Source: Tubulanus polymorphus
Lineage: Eukaryota; Animalia; Nemertea
Assembly: GCF_964204645.1 (NCBI RefSeq)
Contig: NC_134025.1
Coordinates: 24,160,299 to 24,224,298 of the forward strand
Direction: 5' to 3'
DNA length: 64,000 nt
Both the position numbers and the translations under genes were made by a program. The notes below the pieces were generated by a model. It ran no database searches, was not told the DNA's origin, and was given only the letters and a program-made list of their open reading frames with translations. Below, piece by piece: positions 34,761-49,306 of this stretch (position 1 is the stretch's first letter; each line of letters begins with the position of its first letter).

Positions 34761-37700
34761 GTATACACACAATGCAACCCATATTTATTTTTCAAATAGC
34801 GCAAATCATCATTTTATACACGTGCGTGTTTATTATTGTGAAATATGTTTTGAGGTAAAAATCTTTTTATCAAAACTCAATTTTATAAAGATGCTTTTTA
34901 GAAATTTATGTTGCAACTGAGAATTAGTGTCTCGGATTAGCTTTGCGACTGCTGCAACTTCTTCAGTCAGTAGTACGTCTGATTATGATGATACGAGCAA
35001 ATATTCCGCTCTCGTCTTCGAGCTAATTAAAGATCTGGCCGCTCGGAATACTTTGTTTCAATTGAAATAAATCCCAGTTGGAGTTTTTTTTTATGGAGGT
35101 TTCTCGCGTGGTTGATTTGCTCAGGGCACTTTTGGGCTTTCACATACACATGTCTCACCATTCACGCTGTGAGGATCCGTGCGATATTGGATTATCTCTG
35201 GCTGTTTGATTGATACGTCGATTTCTAATTAAATTAACGGTGCTAATTTAAGCCGCTTTCATCAAATGATCGCACGTCAATTACGGCACATTTTATCCAC
35301 TGGCTCTATATGGTGGAGGGGATGATACGCAGTATTTGATGCATAGCATCAATTAGTTATTGGAATTTTAATCAATTAAGATTTACTTTGTAGATAGGGG
35401 TTTATCACTTCCGAAAAGTCCTATCGAAATGACCTAAATTTTCTTTTTAACCTACGTATATGATAGCGTTGATTGTGATTACTTTTCATTTTTGCTATCC
35501 ATTATTAGAGTGCAATTTTTTCTTACTAAAAAGTTGATGTACACGTTGGATTTTTAGTGCGTAAATAGCTAAATATATCGTAGATTCAGTAAATATTTGT
35601 CCGGAGGGGTTTTTCTGCTGTGTAACATTAAATTGTGTCATATTTGTAGTACGAACAGATCAGTTTATTGCTGTAGAGAAAGTCAACTCCGATGTTAACA
35701 GGAAATGTATTTTTTAAAATTCCAATTCCATTTACCCAGAGGTTTGGTTTGAAAACGTTTATGTACCGGTACATGATAATACATCCCCGTAAATGTTACT
35801 CCTAGTCGGTTTGTATCATCTTAAGCGAAATAGAAATAAAAGCGAAGGTTTGATTATTACTCTAATTGAATAGAGATTTTACCTCCTGGCGATAGCCTAG
35901 ATCTCTTCCTGCGTTCGGAACTTCGGTAGCAATAGATGACAGATTATTTGACCGAATTTTTCTCATTTTCAAATTAGATATAGTAATCTTAATGATTCTT
36001 TAATTGAAGTATCAACTGAAATTTCATTTATCACAATTTTTCACTTATAGGTTTTACAGGTTTTGTTACTGTTTCTGAAATAAGTCGCCATTTCGGAAGT
36101 GCTAAAGGGGAGGATCCAGGGGGACTGATAAGACTTGTACTAGTTCATCAAAATTTTGCCCTTTTTTCATTTTGTCAACAAAGAGGCCTAGTGCATTTCA
36201 TTGTGGGACTATTGACTTTTTGGACATCAAAGTGCCGTTTTGGGACTTGACAAGTTTTCCAAAATTAGCCCCTCTGTGCAGCAGTGAGTACTCCTAATAT
36301 TGTCTTTTGGGCATCAAAGTGCCCTTTCGGGATGTAGCAAGTCCATCTCAATATTGGCCTTGGGATCCTTGTCCCTGTGCTAATCATAACGATTACTTGA
36401 ATCTGTGTTCCCTTTAAATCCGTTCATCAAAAACACTAGTTTTTTTTCTTAGTATTCATCTTTTGCTAATATTCATTCATGATTCTTATATTGTGTAATC
36501 TATTGATAAAAAAAACTGGCAAAGTCTAGACATTATATCTGCCTGTCCGTCTGTCTGTCTGCCTACTGTGTCATTTATTGACAACTGTCCAGGGTGCTGT
36601 ATATATTAATGTTGATTTCCAGGATTTCTGTTGAATGTGATTTGCCAATAGTTCAAGGTTTGTCAATATCGCAATGTTTGGAATTCATATTAGTATTAGC
36701 GCATTGGCAGCATTTTCACTCAAATGTTCTCGACGATCGATGAGAGAGGAATCAGTTAAGTAATTTGCGGTCAGTTTACCCGGTGTTGCTAGCATGGATC
36801 GGATTAGGATTAAATACTGCAGTAAAGATGATTTCGGTAAGTGCCGTATGAAGCCCGATTTATGTTAAATAACAATAAATGGATTGTCGAGTAGGATTTT
36901 TTTTCTTCATCAGGGAAAATGATATTTGGGATGAAAATGTCCAACTTTATGAGGTTACTTGATAATTCTTTTGTGACCTTTGCGAAAATGATAGTCGTAA
37001 GCCATATTTATTTCGAAAAAAAAGGAATTACCATTTAGGTATTGAATAACGATGTATGATAGTATTACGCAGCTGCAGCTGGTGCACATGTCGATATGGG
37101 TGGAGACGTTTTCCGTTTTTAAAGCTACGCTATTCGTAAATATGTGGGTTATTTTCATTAATAATCGCCGGAAATGAACTTCTTCGTTTTCTTTCTATTC
37201 GTTCGAAGAAGGGGAGTCGCTCTTCGCTGGAGAATCGAAAAGGTGAATTCCACGGAGCAGACGGTCTCGAAGGAAATCACGAAAATGCCGAGAGATTAGA
37301 CCGATTAGATTCGAAATGACATTACAGACGCGGAAACCTTTACTGAATGTAGGTCCCTGTAGGACGATTCTCCGTTGGAAAGTAATTACTAGTACTACTA
37401 AGTTTTAGTATTCAAATTGTATTCAGAACGCGGCCTGAAGTCTTTATTCACTTTAAAACCCTTTCAGTGCTGATCAATTCTTACCCTAAGGTGCTGGAGA
37501 TGATTGAATGAAAATTTTGAAAAATTCCAACCCAGTGCGTTGTATAACGGGCACATCACTATGGCGTGTCATGGTGCGGTGTATCATTAGTTACTTATTT
37601 ATAATCTTTGAAAACTGCTTATCTGCAGTGCGGTGTATAAGCGAAGTCCATCACCGACTTATACACTGCACTGCAGTGTAGTGTAGTGTAGACGCACTGA

Positions 37701-37989
37701 AAGGGTTGAAACCAGTCATTAAATTTAGGTTAAATAGTTATTACATAGTTATTTCTCCTGCCGATTACAGTTTAACGGAAAAAAAAATTATCGTTCTCTT
37801 GGCTATTGATTTTCACCGGAGAACGCGATTCTCGTCAGGTTTTGTTATCGGGTTTTTGAATCGTCATTCGGTGTTTTTCGTATTGATGTTTTTTGCTGCA
37901 GCGCGCGCGTGCAATTCAATTAACGCGCTGCTTCTATAGTATTTTCTAATTCCTCTGATGTCTTTTTTTAGTAACATGAAATTTTAATT

Positions 37990-38035
<46 letters not shown>
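37990..38035. repeat. (ATC)n microsatellite
   Basis: Perfect ATC run. Confidence 0.95.
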
Positions 38036-40834
38036 CATCAGACTGTAGTGTAACAACCTGAAGTCTTCATACGCTGTTACTCTCTGTAACGGGTTGTCCT
38101 AGTTTGTTTTTTAGTTATTAGCGGTAATTAATCGTAGCAATAATTATCCGCATGCAGATTTATTTGTTATAAGGTACACTTTTTTACCGCAGAATATTTC
38201 CTAGAATTCCTTCTAAAAATACAGTTGCGAGTGTGCTTAGCTTATCCAGAAATTGTTTTATTATTTTATGCACTTGTTCGGTGTAAGTATAAAGTATTTT
38301 GATCCTTGAATGTTGGCAACTGTATAGACTGGCATAAGATCAACAATGCTCGAGTTCAAGGTCGATGAACATTTTGAAAAGAATTGTGGCATGATAGCGA
38401 GTCTTATGATACGATTGTGTTGGAATATGCCAGAATCAGCTTGCAATTTTTCAAAAAAATTTTTGGTTCGTATCCCGTTATTGCAGTTTCTATTGAATGA
38501 AGATTCAATAATTCAAAAGCAGTTTGAAGCGCAGTGCGAGGGATGAAATCTGACTGAAGATATATAGTTTGGTCAAGATTGATTGAGGCTGTAGGTATAT
38601 TAACAGACTGCTTAATCAAGTAACTTAGGCCTTCTTTGATTACTTGGAGTACTGATTTTTCAAGAAAATAAATGGTTGGGCGAAGGTAATTTCTTTTTAT
38701 GATAGGCTTTTTAAGATGGAAGGGAACAGGAATACATTTTTCTATTTATTATATGAGTGTTTTCCACATGAAGCTCGGAAGGACTGCAGAAAAAAATAAA
38801 AAAAGAAGTGAAAATTATGATGAATTTGATTCAAATGATAGAAGAAATGAAAAAAAAACTTTTATTATTCGCAAATCACAAGCATGAAAATTAAGATGAA
38901 TGTATTTTTTATAATTTATTTATTAGATTGAAGATCAAGACGGATATAACAAAAAAAAACTTTTTCTACTGAAAAATTATGATGTAGACAAAGGACTGAA
39001 AAAAAACTGATTTTTTCAGAATTCTGGGAGGCAGATGTAATTAAGAAAAGGCTTTAGGGCATTGATGATATTTGTTGATGAAGAGTTAGATTTCATGCTC
39101 GTCCCTCCAAGGAATATTGGAAGAAATTATCATATGATTTTCAGCGCCGTATGAACACTGTAGTGTGCAAGATAGTATACGCCTATAGACTTTAACCTAA
39201 TAACTGTTTGTTCGTCGTTGCTCTATCTACTCTTTATATGGTCTGGTTTACGATGGCGCTAACTTTGTCGTCGACGACGCACACGATCTCCAGACACTTG
39301 TCGAAAAATAATCGATATTCCGGTGTTTTTCGAAAAATTACGATCGTGGTTAATGGACGCTTTTCGGTGAATCCTGAACAAATAACCGGTCGCCTGATAG
39401 AAAATTAATATCAACAACTTCTTTTTTGATGAGCGTACGATCAATATTTTCATAATATAGACTCATCAGCCATTGCCCGCGCCGCGGCTGTCTTTCATGA
39501 GCCATTCATATTGCCGTTATGTTCTAAGTGGTCAACTGGATTGAGATTGACAGCTGAAATGAATTCGGTCTTCCATGCATTAATCATCGGAAATGTTTTA
39601 TGTTACAAATCGCAGGTATCGGAAAATATCGCTCGTTTAAGACAAATTGATTCCGACGCGGAAAACAGTCAACGATGAATATGGTGCCTTAACCATCATT
39701 TCAATTCTTGAAATGAAGTTCTTGCTTGTAATGTTCTATTGAGCTTATAGCTGTTATGTTAGCTTGCAAGGATGAAAAATAATCCAATCCAGTTAGGACA
39801 TTGGAACAAGTTTGGGGCGCATTTGAAAGACTCTAGTTTGGATACCTGCGCTATATAGATAACAATCATTATTATTATTTTTATTATTATTATTTCTATT
39901 AACATTGTTGGATTATGTTGATGAGATTATTGAAATGCGATCGTTAAATTTCTAGATAACTCTTTGTAAAAAGTCAAATTTTCACAACTCCCTGTTGATT
40001 TTATTGACATAGTTTTCGTCATAGCCTATAGTGCTGTCTGCTATTTTAGTGAATAAAAAGCATTTTTCGACGAAACGATCGACGCGGATCGATTTGCGGC
40101 GTTAATGTAACCCCTAGATACCGACATTGTGTCAAGAATCGTAATATCGTTTCGTGAATGGGAGCCCGATCATCCCTCCGGTTCGGCACAGAAATTTCAT
40201 GAGCATTTTATCATTTCGGATCGATGAAGCCGATGGGGGATATTTTCGTAGCGTCGTCAATGAAAAAATAAATTGAATATCTAACTGAGAAATCAGCGAG
40301 CGCGATGATGATACGCTACCACGATGCAGGCTTCTAGGTGTTACATGATTTAGGTTTACCGGTCTAAAAGCATAGATCTTCTATTTGCCAACATAGACAA
40401 GAACAAATATATATACATCATTTCTATATACTTGATTGAGTTTTCCGAATGACAGTCCCTACTTAAGATTATACTGCATGGATGGGGAAAAATGGGCTGC
40501 GTGACCCCCATAATCTATTGGTCATTTATTGGATGTTGTCCACCGGCGTCTAGACCTATCTCGACCGGTTGCTTGGTATTGACCGAAAGGACTTGTTAAT
40601 GATATTGATTTACCTTGTAATACCGGGTTAATGCTGTATATACAGGTTTGAACATTCAGTTGTTGAATTAGCTTGTTACTGTGCAAAGCATCTAATGACC
40701 GTAGTGCTTCTTCTGTGAATGCCATTGTTTTGTGACTCATCAATCGGGCTATGGTTGACAAGGTTAAGACCCAGGTTTCAAAATTCCAATCTATCAACGC
40801 AGGTTTATAGGATGAATAGTGACCACAAGCCTAT

Positions 40835-41161
40835 AGCCGCGATCACACGGAGACGATTTGGCCCGGCCCAAATTGGCACGGATCAGGCTCGGGCGAAATC
40901 TGGCCCGTGTCTAATTAGAGAGTGCGCTCACACGTAAACCATTCACTCGATACTAAACAATGCTCAAACAAAGAGAAGTGGATCATTTCCGGTACCAGTT
41001 GCAATTCAAACGCAATCATTTGTCTGGTGCTCAAATTTGGCTCGGGCCTGGTCCGACATTTTTGGTCGGACCGAACAGGCTCGGCCCCATTTGGCACCCG
41101 TGTGAACAGTTGTTCCGGGCCAAATTTGGCACGGGCCAGAAATGCTTGTGTGATCGCGGCT
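40835..41161. mobile_element. MITE with terminal inverted repeats
   Basis: agccgcgatcacac (40835-40848) and gtgtgatcgcggct (41148-41161) form the TIRs. The interior repeats tttggc(a/t)cgggcc motifs in both orientations, and the flanks are TA-rich. Confidence 0.85.
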
Positions 41162-41519
41162 TATATTTGGAACTTTTTAGATAAACAGGTCAGTGTCATC
41201 TGTCTCGTGTCTCTTATCCGACTGCAGATGCCACAGCTGGGCGTGAGTCAACATTTGAGTTAAAAACAATTCAGAACAAAATTCGCGGAGCTTTCCCCCG
41301 AAAATTCCAGGGGAATGTAACAGGTGAAGTGTCGCATAGTAAAATGGGAGCATTCGCGCGTGTGTGCGCGGCGTGCTGTGCGTGCTGTGGAGTATCTGCG
41401 CGTAAATTTTAATTCATCATTCATTGATGATAGAAGAGATAATCCTCATATATGTCATAAATATACTCACATATTGTAATATCCTGATACAAGAACATCT
41501 GTGACTGTACGTAATAATA

Positions 41520-41590
41520 ATATCAACAACAACTATTACTACTACTATTACTACTACTATTATTACTACTACAACTACCACACAACAACC
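41520..41590. repeat. Imperfect (ACT/ACA/ATT)n trinucleotide tract
   Basis: aacaacaactattactactactattactactactattattactactacaac. Confidence 0.8.
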
Positions 41591-41967
41591 TGTCTTGTCA
41601 TTCTACTGCTGAAAAAATCTATTCTAGCAGAAGTTAGGCTTTTCATCTAAAAAAAAAACTCAATTACATCCTGTAATTTGTGACCCCAAATAGAACACCC
41701 CGACTTTCAAATCATAGCAGGTGGCAAGGATGGACATTTTTTTATTGTGTTACAAACTACTATAGTCATGACTTATCATTTGAAAACTAGTTTATGGAAC
41801 TGTAACTAAAAATGAATTATTCTCCACGTGTATAATTTCATCTCTACTAAGTTATACGGACTGCGTAGAAAATTCTATCAAAAGTATTTGGCAAACGGAC
41901 AAATTTTGCACAGATTTGCCGAAGTACATATTCTCGAGTTACACCGCGATATCCATCTGCGATCTAC

Positions 41968-41968
<1 letters not shown>

Positions 41969-42029
<61 letters not shown>
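41969..42029. repeat. (TA)n microsatellite
   Basis: About 30 TA units; this explains the YIYIYI tract in ORF 41828-42346. Confidence 0.95.
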
Positions 42030-42032
<3 letters not shown>

Positions 42033-45000
42033 ATATGATATGTTATTACTTGAAAATTTCAAAATATGTGGAAGAAGAATTTGGCGATCGCGCCGGTGAG
42101 TCATCATTGTGTGTTTGGCGCACGCGTGTGCGCGGCGTGCCGTGGGAAAATGCGTTAAGAGAGCATAGGTGCGCGTCGGCTGAGTCGATCCGAGGATTCA
42201 AGACTCGAGTCGTAGTACACATATTTACACTGAAATTAATAGAGCACGAAAAAGAAAATTCAACGTCTGCAGATGTTGTGAGAGTCAATTTCTCACGCTC
42301 CGGCGGCGATGATGATGACGATGATGAGGATGAGAGAAGATTCTAAAATTTGCTCAGCGTCGGCGGTGCAGGCAGCGTTGAAAACAACCGACTCTCGTTA
42401 TTGAGCTCTGTCAGGGCTTGTATATGATGAATGGTAGATTGTGCAATCCAACATAAACACCATCTACTATTTAAAAAAAAGGATTCTTCCCCGTTTGTAA
42501 AAAGCGGCGGATTACATCAGTTTGTTTTAACGGCTCTTTACATCAGCGCCGAACTTCGTTTTTAATAATTTAAACGATGTGTTGACGAGTTTGTAACTTG
42601 GTAGGCTATGTAAGAACACGGTGGCCGTGATTTTCGACTAGCTCGCTATTTATACATTCAGCCCTCCGCTTTCTATTTTCGTCGATGAATAATTATTTCT
42701 AGGTCTAATTTCGACTACAACGGTTAAGTCAATGTAGGTTATCGTAGTCATTGTTTTGGCTGGGTTACAGAACGATGCTTTGATAGGCGCTAAATTTTGA
42801 AGTCGCAAATACTCCGAGCTATGGCGCACCAACTATTATACCAGTGATTATGCAACCGAGGGTCATCTGATCTTGAATATATACGCATTTGCTTATGTCA
42901 GCATCTCGGGAGTCAGCCACCGACTGGCAGCCAGCCAGATTGTTTCATGTTTTACTCATTGTTTGATTGACTGCCAAATAATGACTTGTGTGACTTCATC
43001 TTACAGTGCATCAGGACAATAAAAGAAATCGCTTATGCTACCCTAATAAAGGAATGGAGATGCAGTAAATAATAGGGGTTGAAGATGCAGTAAATAATAG
43101 GGGTACATCATAATGAAAACTGCTTTTGTCTTTGATAGAAACTTTTGACACTTCAGCTTTTGGACAGCAAGTTTTTCACGTCTCGCCCCGAGACTTTGGA
43201 ATTAATCAAATCTTTCCGATTTGTGTCGTCTCAATCTGGATCAGTTTGAGAGACATCTCAAAACCGCCTAGTTCTGCGTCTAATACGATTAGATTTTCCC
43301 TGAGTGGCGCCTTTGAACCGTATTATAGGATCTTTGCACCGTATAAGAACAATTAATGAAAAATTTGGCCCAGGCGATTGTGCTTCGAGACATAATCTAT
43401 AGAATTCCCATTCCTTTCACGAGGCACACGTTTTCACCTATCTTCTGTTGGAGACGAATTAGTACGGACAATTTCCGTCGATATTGGCTCAAGTGCATCT
43501 ACAGGTGGGTGAGCTCGTGGCTGAGATTTTTGACAAAGCGCAAGGTGCACCTTCAAATATTTAAACAAGCAGCTGAACACTTTTAACAATGCATGGTTTT
43601 ATATTTTGTGATGATTTCAGATGGATTTTCCCCGGGGATGACCCGTGCTTCAGGAATTTGTGTGGGTGTCCACCAAACAGGTGTTATGTACAGCTGTATG
43701 TTATCAGTGGCGTGAGGACTATTTTTACATCGGGGCCTCGTAATGAAAAAGGCCGCGCCGAAATATTTCCCAATCGTCAGTCGGTACAATATGTTCATTC
43801 GCCCACGTAGAACGCGCAAACCGACGCCAAAAACGCGTGCCCAACGACGGACTGGCACATCCTTTCAATATCAAAGCACTTTGTATTCCAAATTTACTGC
43901 AGGTGTGTTGAATGCAGTATTATGATTTGGACAATTACTCGCCATCTTCATCAAAGTTATTTTCTTTCTTCGGCCTCTGTTTAGAATTCAAATTGTAGCT
44001 TTGATAGCTTTAATAGCAGTGTTATTATTGTCAAGCAGACAAAACATATTAAGCACTGTTTTGGTAGAAGATGCGTTGTTCGGTGGCAATGACCAGTAGA
44101 TAAATGCGGTGTAGTTCAATCAGACCGAGTCCATTATTCTTCAGTCACCGTTTGATGACAGCTGAGACTTTCGGATTTTTATTTGATATGGATATAGCCC
44201 GACGAATAAAGCGGGAGATAATGATGATTTTACGATATGATATCGTAGACTTATGACTTATCAACATCGTAAAAAGTCTGCAGTCGCTGAGTTGCATCGG
44301 ACATCGTGAATAATAGATATTATTACATTATGCTGAAGATATATCTTGCATCATATCAGCACCAAAACTGTGTTTATGAAACTTGAAAGGATCGACCCTG
44401 TGGCGTCCCAAAGAGGGTATGCAGGGAGATTGAAACCATTTTTTGTGATGGTGTGCTCTTGATCTGAAAATTAGAATATAAGAATATTATTAGAATATTC
44501 CCCAATATTAGAATCCTCGACAGGGAAGATAAATTTAAACTACTTTCACTCCATCTATTAGCGAAAAAAATATTGACAAATTTGTAGGCCTTGAATATCT
44601 AATTCCATATCCACTTTCTTCGACTATTAAACGTGGTAACTGGCGTTTATATCGATTTTCTTTTATTATTCTGCGAACAAATTATATACATCATCTTTTT
44701 TCTATGCACAAATTTTATGTCATCCATCCACGATATCGTGTAATGTTTCATGATGAATAAACGTTGAATTGAATTGAATTGTCACAGCAGCGATGGCAGG
44801 CGTAGTCGTCGTCGTCGTCGTCGAGCCCGCGTCTGACTTGTCTCCACTTAAAAAACCATTTGCAGTAGTCATTGAGTTGTAAATATTTAACAAAAACTGG
44901 TACCAGATTGAAACTGTGTTGGCAAATAATTAGAGCATCATCGTCTATGAATTTTCATGAATAGTTTCGCGAAAATTATCATATATATCGAATAATATTC

Positions 45001-47375
45001 CGGTTTTATTTGATGACTGATCGACGACTTGTGAAGAGCGTTCATCAAGTTGGCGCAGCGTGCGCGCGTATATGATATATGTACATACCCTTATGCGCGC
45101 CTATTTTTGCATCCGTCGCGATAAATTGTCAAAACTCAATATTGATATTCGGGTCAAGCCTATTACCACGTGCGCTGAGCTTTATTAGCAGTTATCCGTT
45201 AATTGTTTGATCTGAATCAATATACGTATGATGGTGGAATGGATTTATTTAATGAAAGTTAACATCGGCATTAATGGCCGGCCACATATTTTCGTCGTGT
45301 GGTGTGTCTAGCTCGACCCTTGACTGATATATTTCGATATAGTCGAGGCATTGATTTCCGAGCTATTTGGACTTCGTTAAGGGCGCATAAGCATCGGCTT
45401 ACTCCGCGCAAAATAAACAATGAAGATATATTGCACGACAGACCACTTCGTGATAATTATTCGATGATTTTCATTTGCTTACAAAAATCTAATTTCGTAT
45501 TCCAATTTCGACGCGTATGGAGAATATATTGCACGGGATTTGATGTTTATTGTGGCTAAGATTAGTAATGATTGTTTTTCATCGTGGGGTCACTTGTACA
45601 AAAGTTTGTTAAAGATAACTGGTGGATAAATACTAAAGTTACATTGAAATTTAGATTGTCACTATTCCACTGGTTATAACTCTAACCAATTTTTGAGCCA
45701 CTGGCCCCTGTTTGTTAGCCCAGTGCTGTTGTTAGCACTAGCTATTTTTATTCCAGGGTATAATTCGATTTGGAAATATCATATTATCTTTATGATATTT
45801 TATGTCATCGTTTTCATGCGTATAAATAGGCATTATTTCACAATATATTGATCTAACCTATTACCTATATACATGGCACTCTTCCGACATGGACACGGAG
45901 TATTTACTCTAGATATTTATCGCTAATAAGGTCTCAGTTTGGAAATAGTGCGAAGTCCGCATATAGAAAGTTCTGATATGTTATGAATAATGTATCGCAA
46001 TGTGAAGTGTCCTACTGGAGAGGATGCTGGGTTAGCAACAGCTGTCTCGATGACTTGACAGCAACAATAGCCTACTGCTGAAAGATGCTGAAACATCCTT
46101 GACTGACATTAATATGCTTTTCCATATACAGCCGATCTTCATACTCGGGTTTTTGAGACGTGCATAGTTTTTTGCAGGTGAATACAAAATAGAGGTATAT
46201 GTATTTATATATAGGGATATATCTCTTCCAAAATGAGGATCTATGAAGTCATTCAAAGCTTTTAGGAGAATATCGAGTTAGCGTTTTGCAGATTTCAGCT
46301 TCTGGCACTCATTAGATCATCTGCAGCATTTGCGTTGCCACGTTAATACGTAGATCAGTGCAGTTTAATGATTGTTTATCCATGCGAAAATTTGAATTTA
46401 ATGCGATTTTTGTCCCCGCGGGTCCCATTCCCTTTAATAACTTTTGCGCCCCCACTCATGTTTTAATTCACTGACTCATTCACCCAATTATGATATATTC
46501 ATTCAGTGACCTCGCCAGCAACGTAGTACATTACAACCATAGATGTTTTCATGTTTCTGTATGATGTGCTATTGGCTTATTTTGACTCGAGTTCAATGAC
46601 CTTTCGACTTTTCAAGGAAAATTCAGAGAAATCGTGGTTATTTATGTTATCCATCATTGTTACCACCCCATCTATAGCTATTGATGGTGTCAGTAGTTTC
46701 AACATTCTTGTTTGATATGTCCACTCCACTGTCCAGAAATGAATGTTATCTTGACATTTCGTAAAATTCTTAACAATTCATTTTCATAACAATTGATCGA
46801 ATGCTTTGCCACGATTTATCAATAAAAATTGGAAAAATTTCTATTCTATTTCCTCGGTAGTCACAGCGATCATTTCGTTCTCAATCTCAATTCAGTTTAC
46901 GATTGAAATAAGGATTTCTTGTTCTTGTACCTTAAGTACTTCCACTTCAATAATTAAGTAGTTAAATGACCTCGAAGTAAGTCATTTTTGTAATCCGTAG
47001 TAGGATAAACGGAACGATTATGAGCCGCCGGGGACGATTCCTCCCCCTAAACGAAAACGCGCCTGAAGCATGGATAGAATAACCGAGAGCCATTTCGCGT
47101 GGACGTTTCAGAAGAGGTCGTTCGACGTATCGAGAATTGCTAATTCGTGACATGCGATCGTCATATTGCACCGCGATCATTACTCAAAACACTTTCAAAT
47201 CGGTCACATTATATTCGACTAATGTCGTTTTATGTTGCGGCATATGTTCCGCGTTTGAAAAGTTCCGTTATCGCCGTTTTTGCCGGCGTTCGTTTGTTTT
47301 TCTTTTTTTGCGGATAACGGCTCACGAAAATGATTACGAGCACGCTAATTTTTCATTACGATTGAATCACGAGTT

Positions 47376-47409
<34 letters not shown>

Positions 47410-47420
47410 CGACGATGATG
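47376..47420. repeat. (ATG)n microsatellite
   Basis: ATG run with ACG variants. Confidence 0.9.
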
Positions 47421-47767
47421 GTGATATTTTTTGTCCCGTCTGCTTTTGATATTTATAACAACTGCAACGAACTGCGTTATAGTCGACTGAGACAATAAGT
47501 AAGAATGCAGAACCCGAGTCAATAAATCCAGGGGCGCAGCGTTTCTATAGATCGGCGCGCTACGTGTCTGCCAACGCGCGTATCTGATAATCTATTCTAT
47601 GTCATCAGTTTTTCTGTTGTGTCTTCGAAAAATCTGTGCTTTCAGAGAATAGAACAAAACAACGACGGCATGCGTTATATGCACGATAATTTTCTATAGA
47701 CGTTATCGGACTGAATCTAAAAAAATTTCAACTCTACTCAAGTACAACATTCTTGACTACTCTATCT

Positions 47768-48042
47768 CATGGGCGTCCCCAGGATTTTTTTAGGGAGTTT
47801 GTTTTCTGGAATAGAGGGGGTCTGGCGGTCTAACCCCAGAAGATTTTTGAAAATTTCGTGCAAGCAGGCGCGTTCTGGTAAAGGCCGAGGCCGATAGGTA
47901 GACTGGTTCTCATTTACTTTGCATGTATCGATTTTATTTTGCTAAATTAGCAAATGCAGACCATGTGCCTAAGGTCGTTGACGTTTGAAAATTCAAAAAG
48001 GGGGTTCGTTCGAACTACCGAACTCCCCTAGGGATGCCCATG
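47768..48042. mobile_element. MITE with 12-bp TIRs
   Basis: catgggcgtccc (47768-47779) and gggatgcccatg (48031-48042), with G/C-run-rich subterminal sequence. Confidence 0.75.
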
Positions 48043-49055
48043 TATCTGGCAATGGACTACTTTTCTGTAATACATGTATATTTTGATTATGGCACACCAC
48101 ATTTTTAGAAATTTGGTTGGACTGCAACGTTATTTTGCAGAAATTCCAATGATTTTGGGTTCGAAATCGTGGCAAATTCTCGCTCATAATTACGAATTAG
48201 CAATTATACTTTTTATGGATCGTGAACTTATTTTCGCTTATAGAAAAAATGAGTAATGAAAAATAGTAAATGAATTGTTGACTAGATACTCAGGTGCTTT
48301 TGAAACTGAAGTGCTTAATGTGTGTGTACTTCCTCCCGTATTTGCGCTGTATTCAAACTAGATTTATTTCTGTTTTAAAACGTCAATCCGAATTTGATAA
48401 ACAGGAAAAAGCTGTTTTTAAGAAGGGGACATTTTTGAGTGTGTCTGCGCGACGTGTCTGACAGAAATCCCGCGTATGTCGCGATAACAACCCGGAGTAG
48501 AACCTGAAAAATTACAGTTCATCGCATCTCGTCAAAAGCACGACCACTCCAAATGCTCCTGCGTCGGACATGAGCACTGTTGAATTTCTATCAAGTATAT
48601 GTACATGCAACTTGCGTGTATTGACATATGACAATTTTTCGCTTCGCATCGGAACGCGCACGGATAGCTTAGATTATCATCGTAGGGATTCTTACGTCTT
48701 TTTCGCTAACCTGGACAATATTTCAAAATTTCTCATGAAAAAATTCTTGTCTGAATATCGTCGATGCATGTGATAATATTTCACTACACAAAAAATCTTA
48801 ACACTATTAGAACTCGAATGTTACTTAAGCATGATTGCCTTCACCTCTACCAGGTTAGGTAATTAAGGAAATTAGAATCCTATTTTTAAACATGCTCCAA
48901 GGATGATTAAACTGAATTGTCAATTTCCGTAGCTTCATAGCTCACAGTTGATATAGTATTTCATTTAAAAAAAGATGCACTCTATCACTGCGTCATATCA
49001 GCAACTTGACACAATCATCTTCCCCATTCAGCTTACAATCTCCAAGAGATTTTCT

Positions 49056-49306
49056 GGGCAGACCCATTTAAGTATGAAGACCACAGGGTGCAAGGGGTTT
49101 GCACTCCTCCCCCTTAAAAGTCGAGGACCCTTAAATTTCACGGGAAAATGAATATTAAACTGAAACCTTAAAAAAGTTTTGAATTCATTAGCTTGTCCTC
49201 TGTATTTCCAAAAATTGGCTAACGTGTGCCCTTTTGACTATATGCTGTGCTTTATCCTGAGGGGGGGGGGGCACCCCTCCGTGAATCAGACCCTAGATCC
49301 GCCCTG
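49056..49306. mobile_element. MITE, same family as 61195-61398
   Basis: The 3' end gaatcagaccctagatccgccctg is identical to the end of the 61195-61398 element. The 5' end gggcagaccc is degenerate. Confidence 0.7.

Noticed and set aside
39440-39475. Minus-strand CTGATGA...GAAA hammerhead-like core (similar ones at ~52850-52877 and 63872-63895)
   Set aside because: No credible stem II or stem I pairing.
41828-42346. 172-aa ORF
   Set aside because: It is held open by (TA)n and (GAT)n microsatellites, starts at GTG and has no recognisable domain.
43058-43103. Direct repeat agatgcagtaaataatagggg x2 (a similar short duplication is at ~57966-58002)
   Set aside because: Simple local tandem duplication with no evidence of function.
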